NCBI GenBank assembly: GCA_963813025.1
Contig: CAWEXO010000012.1
Location: 96,001 to 160,000 of the forward strand
Length of the DNA: 64,000 nt
Reading direction: 5' to 3'
Origin: an uncultured Verrucomicrobiae bacterium
GTDB taxonomy: Bacteria > Verrucomicrobiota > Verrucomicrobiia > Chthoniobacterales > JAFAMB01
Shown here piece after piece: positions 57,171 to 64,000 of the stretch (its first letter is position 1; the number at the start of each line of letters is the position of its first letter). The notes under the pieces are model-generated. The model ran no database searches. It had not been told where the DNA came from and saw nothing but the letters and a program-made list of their open reading frames with translations. Both the position numbers and the translations under genes were made by a program.

Positions 57171-57467
57171 TCAAAGACCGAGGATCGCTAGGAGCAGATA
57201 AGCGAGTATTCCAGCTGAGATCAGCCAATAGAGCGCCTGTTCAACAGAGTCAGCGAACCGCTCCGACCGTTCCGGGCCGGCCTCGACTCTGCGGACCTCC
57301 TGTTTCGCGCTTTTTATCATCCCATCAAATCGCGATGCTAATCGATCACGCGCCTCGAAAAAATCGATCACAGACGCTGAATCAGTCGTCGAAACCCTTG
57401 TAGCTTCATCGAACGATCGTATGGACGGTTTGGGGGTGGCCTGCAATTCTTGCGGTATTAGCTTCAT
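57171..57467 (-). CDS. Hypothetical protein with C-terminal TM helix
   Basis: VIDFFEAR motif; hydrophobic C-terminus. Confidence 0.5.
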   Translation of the reverse strand: MKLIPQELQATPKPSIRSFDEATRVSTTDSASVIDFFEARDRLASRFDGMIKSAKQEVRRVEAGPERSERFADSVEQALYWLISAGILAYLLLAILGL

Positions 57468-58445
57468 CTTACCCCGAATGATTTTGAGTTGAAGGGGACC
57501 TGTTCCAGGTTCCTAGACGGCCGCCTCCTCGAGAACGCCCCATCTTGGCGGGATAGGCGGCGAGGAAGGAGCACATCATGTGGCCGTGACCCCAGCGACG
57601 TCGCACCAGGTGGAAACTGAGGAGAAGTCGTACTCGCGCAACGCTTCGAGCGCCCAAGCGGATTGAATCGCCGAAAAGCCGGACATCGCCCGGCGAAAAC
57701 CGCGCCGTAATCACTGTCCGGACCGCCAGGAGACCCAGTCGAAAAATACGCTCCTCGAGGGCCGCTACCCGATCCGACGTTTGCAACACAGCGGGTAGGT
57801 AAACTGAAATAGGAATGGGCAGGCTTTCCCAGCTCGTTGGCATCGTCTCGCGTCAGCTTAGTACCTCCGATCAAAGGGCGGACTGAGTCGCGGGTTTGGT
57901 TGCAGAACAGTGGAGCGGGAACCTCATAAGCGGCTTTCGGAGGCAACAGCCTCCGCGCTCGGGCGCCGCGGCGCAGGCAGGTCTCAAACTGCCGCCGGTT
58001 GTCACCTCGGTTTTTCCTTCGGCCAGAGGCATCCTTTCGGGTTCCTTCAGCTGATCTTGCAATCGTTCGGTGGCGGCTTGGAGCTGAATCAAGAATAGAG
58101 CAAATGAGTACATGCGGAAATCTCCTCCAGTGCGGAACTAACTGTTCCAAAGGAAGCTTTCGTATTTTCACAGTTATCTATCGCTTTCCGGCGGGCTTTA
58201 TTCCCTTTTCTTGGGCAAAGTAAATCGAGTTTGATTTATGTCTTGCGAGCTCAATGTGTTGAAAACCTGACGGCCTCAGATCAATCAGCCACTTTCGCCG
58301 ACTCGAAGGATTGTCTATGGGATGCCCCCCGCCCGATACGGACGAGGCCAGCCAGGTCTGTCGAACTTTGGGTAATCTATGGCGTACGCAATCGAGCTAC
58401 GGTTCGGGAGAGAGGTTCGAGGGAGGTCCCGAAGGCGTCTTTGGT

Positions 58446-58617
58446 CCTGCGCCGGTAGGGCGAAAATTTATTCGAGCGTCAGCGAGAACTTGTTTGAGCC
58501 GTCTTCAGTGTGACCTGCCGCAGCGCCCGGCTCGAACGAGTCTTCGCCGAAGGCTCAGATGAATTCTCGCCCTACCGATTTTGGGATGTTGCGAAACATT
58601 CTCTAAATTTTCGCCCT
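58446..58617. repeat. Palindromic REP/MITE-like element whose right arm is the IS110 insertion site
   Basis: CCTGCGCCGGTAGGGCGAAAATTTA (58446-58470), partial copy at 58561-58577, inverse arm TAAATTTTCGCCCT|ACCGGCGCAGG split by the IS. Confidence 0.8.
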
Positions 58618-58689
58618 TGTACCTTGCCCCACCAACTTTTTTTCCCTTTTAAAGCCGCCCGCAAGGGCGGAACTCTGGAGGTGAAGAAC

Positions 58690-58865
58690 TTGGCCGAGGG
58701 GGGTGGAAAACTGCTTCGCCCAAAGGTCGGTAGAACCTGTCCGGTAGATTAGTCCACCCTCCTCGTGCCGCACCTTGCAAAAGACCGAACCGTATCTTAG
58801 GCCGTTCCAAAACAGGGTTGGAACATGAGCCTGTGTGAACAAGGCTCTGTCGGAAAGGTGCCCGC
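58690..58865 (+). ncRNA. Putative bridge RNA of the IS110 element (ends approximate)
   Basis: Stem GAGGGGGGTGGA/TCCACCCTCCTC encloses target guides TTCGCCC and CCGGTAG; stem GCACCTT/AAGGTGC encloses donor guides ACCGTATCT and ACAAG. Confidence 0.8.
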
Positions 58866-58914
58866 CCAAGCGCTTCATCAAACAAAGAACCAATTCAACG
58901 CGAATTCCTGTCTG

Positions 58915-59224
58915 ATGAAAAAACCTTACTGCATCGGTATTGACCTGGCAAAAGCAACCCTTGACTTTTGCACGCTCTCCAAAACCGGCGCCCGCCTCTG
59001 GCGGGGGAAACAACGCCTTCCTGCGTAAAGCCCTCTATCTGCCTGCCGCCGTGGCCCGTCGTTGGTGCAAACCCATCCGACAATGGGCTGCCGAGCTTGA
59101 GTCGCGCAAACTACACTCCCTGATCATCCGTGGCGCGATCATGCGCAAACTCCTCCACATTGTTTTCGGCGTTCTTCGCCACCAACAACCCTACAATCCC
59201 CGCTTGGCTGCTATCCTCAAATGA
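58915..59224 (+). pseudogene. IS110 recombinase with large internal deletion
   Basis: MKKPYCIGIDLAKATLD joined at ~59010, out of frame, to NAFLRKALYLPA...GAIMRKLLHIVFGVLRHQQPYNP. Confidence 0.88.
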
Positions 59225-59519
59225 CTTGACATTTCAAGACCGTATCTACCGGCGCAGGACAATGCGGTATCCTGAGACAATCTTAGCGCTCGCGCGACCA
59301 ATCGCTTGGTGGCGTGCTACAGATTCCCAAGTCCGACACCCCCGAGGCCGTTCCGCGCTACTTGCGATCAATCTTTGATCAGCAAAGCGATCGTCTGGCG
59401 TCCGCTACGCCGGTAAATGCGAAAGTCATTATCCAAGTCCAGACGACGCAGTTCAACGTGATCTCCGACATTCGCACCAGACAGGCATCGGCAAATGAAA
59501 TAGGGACGTCGTAATGCAA

Positions 59520-60020
59520 CTACTTCAAGCCCTCGCCCTCGCAGACTGCTGGGGATTCGCGCAAACTCCGTGCGCAGATCAGACCATCAAAATTTGCCGG
59601 AACAAAGGAAAGCTCCGGCGGGATCGTGATTCCAGCCGCAGCCAGAAGTTCTCGCTTGAACGCCTGAGTTGCGGGATGATCGACCTCGAAGACTCGCGGA
59701 GCAGATTTAGACGATGAATTCCGATAGGCAAAAGTATCCAATCCGGCCCCGAGGATGACGTATTGGCGAACTCTACTTTGAATACTTGTGGCTAAGACGT
59801 CCTCGGCATAGCGGCTTCGAACTGCAAAGAAGGCGCGCCTCCGTCGCGCCGCGGATTTTTGGGCTTCTTCCGGATCGGTCGCCAAGGCCGCCCTCGCTTC
59901 CACCCCGATGATCCCAAGGGCAAGAGGATCATCAAAGACTCTCAGATAGTCATAGATCTGGTGGGCGGCCCGATGTAGCGCGACCCGCTCGGCCGTCTTG
60001 CTTGGCGTGGTCCTGTGCAT
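59520..60020 (-). pseudogene. LCM-type SAM-dependent methyltransferase, C-terminally truncated
   Basis: SKTAERVALHRAAH, VRSRYAED, QYVILGAGLDTFAYR, VFEVDHPATQ. Confidence 0.75.
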
Positions 60021-60080
60021 TCGAATGCTGTTGTTTGGGACTAACCCCAACAAAGGCTGATTTGGACAACCCCGAAAATC

Positions 60081-61071
60081 TCAAGACTTCGGCAGAAGAT
60101 CGGCAACCAAGGCTCGTTCTTCGTTCAATTCTTTCACACTGGCGCCGATGCGTTCCTGGCTGAACTCATTGATCTCGAGCCCTTGGACAATCTCCGATCG
60201 GTCGCCCGCGATGCGAACGGGAAAGGAACTGATCAAGCCGCTGATCGACCCCGTAGCTACCATCGGAACAGAGCGCAACACTAAACCATTCCTTGTTTTC
60301 CGTCGGCAAAGTCAAGGTCCGTACGGTGTCGATCGCCGCATTGGCTGCGGATGCAGCGGAAGAAGCTCCCCTCGCCTTGATGATGGCCGCACCGCGCTGT
60401 TGCACCGTGGTGATGAAAGTTTCCTTGAGCCATGAGTGGTCCTTGATGATTTCAGTCGTGGGCCTTCCGTCGATCTGCGCGTGGTAAAAATCCGGGTACT
60501 GGGTGGAGGAGTGATTTCCCCAGATGGTCATGTTCGTCACCGCGGATACATGCCTGCCCGCACGCGCCGCCAATTGTGATTTGGCGCGGTTCTCATCGAG
60601 ACGAGTCATCGCGAACCACCGGTCGCGGGGGATTTCCGGTGCGTTATTCATGCCGATCAGACAGTTCGTGTTACAGGGATTGCCCACCACCAGGACACGA
60701 ATGTCCGCCGCGGCGTTCCGTTGGATCGCCTGACCTTGTCCGGTAAAAATCTTGCCATTGATCCCAAGTAGATCTTTGCGCTCCATGCCTTGCTTGCGCG
60801 GAACGCTCCCGACCAGCAGCGCCCAGTTCACATTGCGGAAACCCTCGTCCAGATCGGCCGTGGCCGACGTCGTTTTCAGGAGGGGAAACGCACAGTCTTC
60901 CAATTCCATCACGACACCTTCAAGAGCTGCCATAACCGAAGGGATCTCGACCAAACGAAGCTCAACAGGTTGATCCGGGCCAAGCATCGCGCCAGAAGCG
61001 ATTCGAAACAGGAGCGAATACCCGATCTGACCGGCAGCGCCAGTGACCGCAATCTTGATGGGCGATTTCAT
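60081..61071 (-). CDS. mdh: Malate dehydrogenase with apparent +1 frameshift at ~60242
   Basis: [51 protein letters not shown]-terminus GLISSFPVR...[10 protein letters not shown] lies in another frame. Confidence 0.92.
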
Positions 61072-61124
61072 AGAGGACCGTAGGTGCGGCTGCGCACTTC
61101 GACAAGAAGAGGATTTGGCAGGAC

Positions 61125-61164
61125 CAGTGCTAGTGCCAGTGTCAGTGTCAGTGCTAGTGTCAGT
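61125..61164. repeat. Hexamer tandem repeat (YAGTGY)n next to the four-helix-bundle gene
   Basis: CAGTGC TAGTGC CAGTGT CAGTGT CAGTGC TAGTGT CAGT; inverse GGCACTGACACT at ~61597-61608. Confidence 0.75.
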
Positions 61165-61537
61165 TGGTGCGAGATCGAGAGCGCTGTAAAGAGTTGATCA
61201 AACCGTTGCACATTCGACCGATCTCCTGAGTGACTGCCAGCAGCTCGGAACAGCCCTCGTTCCCGAGGTATTTTAACCGTTCTGCGAGCAAGAGCTGAGT
61301 CTCAATTTCGAAGACTGAGACTCGGGCATGACCAACGGATTGAACGAATTCGCCTGAAGTGATTCGACCGGTTCCTTCCGCGATGTTACTCGGAACTGAG
61401 ACGGCCGCTCGGCGCAACTGATTGCTTAACCCATAAATCTCCCGGTCTGGGAAAGTTGCAGTCAGCAAGTAGACTTGCTCGCAAAAATCGACGGATTTCT
61501 GCCAAACGAGTAAATCGCGGTAACCCTTTGTCCTCAT
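61160..61537 (-). CDS. Four helix bundle protein (23S rRNA IVP/bAvd-like family)
   Basis: [37 protein letters not shown]. Confidence 0.92.
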   Translation of the reverse strand: MRTKGYRDLLVWQKSVDFCEQVYLLTATFPDREIYGLSNQLRRAAVSVPSNIAEGTGRITSGEFVQSVGHARVSVFEIETQLLLAERLKYLGNEGCSELLAVTQEIGRMCNGLINSLQRSRSRTN

Positions 61538-61606
61538 AACACAAGTAAGGAACGTTATCACCACCTCTTTCCACCCTGTCCAGCTCGAAAAACGCTGGCA
61601 CTGACA

Positions 61607-63994
61607 CTACCCCAACCCCACAAACCGTGCGAGGGCTGTCGAATACACCTCGACACGAGTGACTCTTTTCGCCAAACCCTGTTCCAGAACCGATTGGTAA
61701 GCGAGCAACTGAGGAAGATAGGTTGTTCGTAGACGTCGCTCGAAGTCTTGCGTCGATTCGCTGGCGCCTCGCTGGTTTGTTTTCCAGTCTACGATCCAGA
61801 CGTCCCGTTCAGTCGTGCCAACCACCAGGTCAATCACTCCCTCAACCCACTCCGCCCCCGTGCGCGGCCAGGAGAAAGGCACCTCGACCTGAAACCATTT
61901 CCCCGCTTGCAAAATCTCCCGGACCGCGGGACTAGCATGGAACGCTTCGGCTTCCCGACGAGCTCGACCGCCGAAAATGTCGGGAATCGCCCCAATCCAT
62001 TCGAGGCGAGCTTGCTCAGTTGATGCCCAGGGATAGCCCTCCGCCCAATTATGCCACCAACGACCATAGAGGTACGCTGATGGACCGTCTTCAAACCCAC
62101 TGTCATCGATGTCCTGATCATCAACCAGAGTATGGGGACGGATGACCTTCGGGACCAGCAAAGAGGTCGTGACCGCAGTGGAGAAATCGGCTTCAGGGAG
62201 CGGCAGAGCCGCGCGTTCGATCTTTTTTTCGCGTTCCCTGACAGGCGAAAACTCGTTTGGTGGGTTTTGCAGAATAACATCGAGCTGCGCATCCACGACG
62301 TGCAGAAAAGAGTTTTTTGATCGCGCGTAATGTTTGGGGGCAAAGGGCAGCGCTAAGAGGTGACGGGCCCGAGTGAGAGTGACATAGAGGATACGCTGTT
62401 TCTGCTGAAGAGGCGCTTCCGGATCAAGAGAGATCTTCGCGTTGGGACTTCCTGAGTGCCAGATCAGGCGCACGCGTCCATCAACAGTAGCGAGGCGGGG
62501 ATACGGCAGCGGACTCGTCTCGATTGGCCTGCCTAATCCGACCGGAATGACGATGTCCCACTCGAGGCCCTTCGCCGACTGGCAGGTGATCAGCTGGATC
62601 TTTTCCTCGGCTGACTCCGGAAAACGCGTAGCCTCATCCAACCCCTTGACTAACTCATCGACAAACTCCCGGAGAGACAACCGTCTTTGATCAGCTTCCA
62701 ACGCGCGCTGCTGGATGAAACTAAGATCAGCCGACGGCTCGTTGATCGCGGACAATCGTTGTCTGAGTTCCGTCGCCCGTATTACCTCTTGCAAGAGTCC
62801 GGCCAGGCTCGAACCGCTTCGGTCGCTTACCTTGATTTCAAGGCGGCGCAACATCTCGCGAGCCTCCGTAAATTCCGCCGATGGAACCACCTGGCCTTCG
62901 GTGTGCCGCGCGAGCTCAACATCGGAAATTCCGAAAATCTCCCGGTAAACGCCGAACCGTTCGAAACGATCCCAAGGGTAGAGCAAGGTGTACAGCAGCG
63001 CGATCGGCCAGGAAAAGGCGGCCCTGGTACTCCAGCTGATCTGTTGATTATAATAATTGTGCTCCAGACCTGCTCGTCGGAGGACTTGCACACACACATT
63101 CAACCACGCGTGTTGCGGCGCCAGAATGGCTACCTGACTCCACGAATCAATTCCGAGTCCGTCTTTGCCGGTCTGCTTCAGCCAGTGAACCACTTGCTTT
63201 ACCTCCTCCTCGAATCGCCAGGCAACACTGCCCGGTGAGCCCTCCGGCGGTCGCTCCAACGGTAAGAGGATCGCGTGCCCCTCCAAGGCTGCCGGCGCCG
63301 CCACGAGGTCCGGAAAACTTTGTCCAGCGGTCGTGCTAAAGATTTGATTGATTCCCCTGACGATCTCCCGCGCACAACGCTGGGTAACGGCTAGTTCGAT
63401 CACTTCGCCGCCATGCCTTGAACGAAACGCCTCGTTGATTGCGGTGTATTGATCGACCCCAGAATGTTCATAAATTGCCTGCCTCGGATCACCGACGATA
63501 CTGAACCGGCCCGGTTGCGGAGGCTCCCCGCTGCCCGGCCAGGAATCGTAGGGAGCGCCGGCCGGACGGGTAATTTCCACCAATACCTGAAACAATTTTC
63601 CAGCAGTATCCTGAGCCTCATCTAACAACACGGAGAATGCTTCTCGACGAATTTCATCAAGCACCCCGGGTTTGCGGAGCAGTTCGCCGGCCAGGTTTAC
63701 CTGGTCAGCAAAAGTTAACAGCCCCTGCGACCGGCATTGCTGACGATACCGGGCCGCCAGCGATCCGACGATATAGGCGGAAACCTCTTCGACCCAGGCG
63801 AAAAGCGGACCCGCGGCTGCATCGAAGGCCTTCAGCAAGGAATCGCTCGTCCCGGCCGGCGCGGGCAGCGGAACGAACTCCCGCGCGGTTTCCAACGCCA
63901 AGACGGTACGCTCGACGCGTTTGATAGTGCTGAGACGGTTAGATTTTGAATTGCCGGGAACGACGCATCGCTCCAGAAATGTTAGATCGGGCAC
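61607..63994 (-). CDS. UvrD/AddA(RecB)-like helicase-nuclease, 5'-partial
   Basis: LLDEAQDT, VGDPRQAIY, TCQSAKGLEW, LYVTLTRAR; C-terminal EVPF...GVIDLV...IVDWKT...QLLAY nuclease. Confidence 0.9.
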   Translation of the reverse strand: MPDLTFLERCVVPGNSKSNRLSTIKRVERTVLALETAREFVPLPAPAGTSDSLLKAFDAAAGPLFAWVEEVSAYIVGSLAARYRQQCRSQGLLTFADQVNLAGELLRKPGVLDEIRREAFSVLLDEAQDTAGKLFQVLVEITRPAGAPYDSWPGSGEPPQPGRFSIVGDPRQAIYEHSGVDQYTAINEAFRSRHGGEVIELAVTQRCAREIVRGINQIFSTTAGQSFPDLVAAPAALEGHAILLPLERPPEGSPGSVAWRFEEEVKQVVHWLKQTGKDGLGIDSWSQVAILAPQHAWLNVCVQVLRRAGLEHNYYNQQISWSTRAAFSWPIALLYTLLYPWDRFERFGVYREIFGISDVELARHTEGQVVPSAEFTEAREMLRRLEIKVSDRSGSSLAGLLQEVIRATELRQRLSAINEPSADLSFIQQRALEADQRRLSLREFVDELVKGLDEATRFPESAEEKIQLITCQSAKGLEWDIVIPVGLGRPIETSPLPYPRLATVDGRVRLIWHSGSPNAKISLDPEAPLQQKQRILYVTLTRARHLLALPFAPKHYARSKNSFLHVVDAQLDVILQNPPNEFSPVREREKKIERAALPLPEADFSTAVTTSLLVPKVIRPHTLVDDQDIDDSGFEDGPSAYLYGRWWHNWAEGYPWASTEQARLEWIGAIPDIFGGRARREAEAFHASPAVREILQAGKWFQVEVPFSWPRTGAEWVEGVIDLVVGTTERDVWIVDWKTNQRGASESTQDFERRLRTTYLPQLLAYQSVLEQGLAKRVTRVEVYSTALARFVGLG

Positions 63995-64000
63995 CGGCGG

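Larger units (their letters stand above)
58616..59247 (+). mobile_element. Internally deleted IS110 (IS621-like) element, 632 bp, CT core at both ends
   Basis: Left end CT-TGTAC, right end ACCGTAT-CT; removing it restores the 25-bp repeat; DEDD N-terminus and Tnp C-terminus fragments present. Confidence 0.9.

Noticed and set aside
57464..58171. Several overlapping ORFs up to 235 aa
   Set aside because: No recognisable motifs and conflicting frames; cannot support a call
61160..61537. bAvd-like protein plus an RT in the window, suggesting a diversity-generating retroelement
   Set aside because: The RT is inside a bona fide group II intron 58 kb away, and no TR/VR pair was seen

Overview
Bacterial chromosomal window of moderately high GC. 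The mdh, AddA-like helicase and REP-like repeats resemble soil Verrucomicrobiota (Chthoniobacterales-like); this is inference. Left part (1-32 kb): MscS channel, a complete group II intron inserted into a REP-like palindrome, a VapBC pair, an EmrAB efflux pump, DnaJ and DUF899 genes, araFGH, and a second sugar locus (nucleoside hydrolase, fucose-isomerase family enzyme, DUF2291, ABC transporter) with decayed kinase, transketolase and regulator fragments. Middle (~32-53.4 kb): a heavily decayed island ending at tRNA-Lys(CTT), with IS630 nested in IS3, IS66/IS256 scars, many gene fragments and an intact two-gene operon. That operon encodes a small ELP-repeat protein and a 944-aa PRTase-AMMECR1-AMMECR1-alpha/alpha-barrel fusion, the best candidate here for an undescribed (RiPP-like) modification system. 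Right part: NUDIX, Phd/VapC, a 632-bp internally deleted IS110/IS621-type element whose bridge-RNA guides visibly match its own donor junction and a repeated genomic target, frameshifted mdh, a four-helix-bundle gene and an AddA-like helicase-nuclease. Some frameshifts may be assembly errors.
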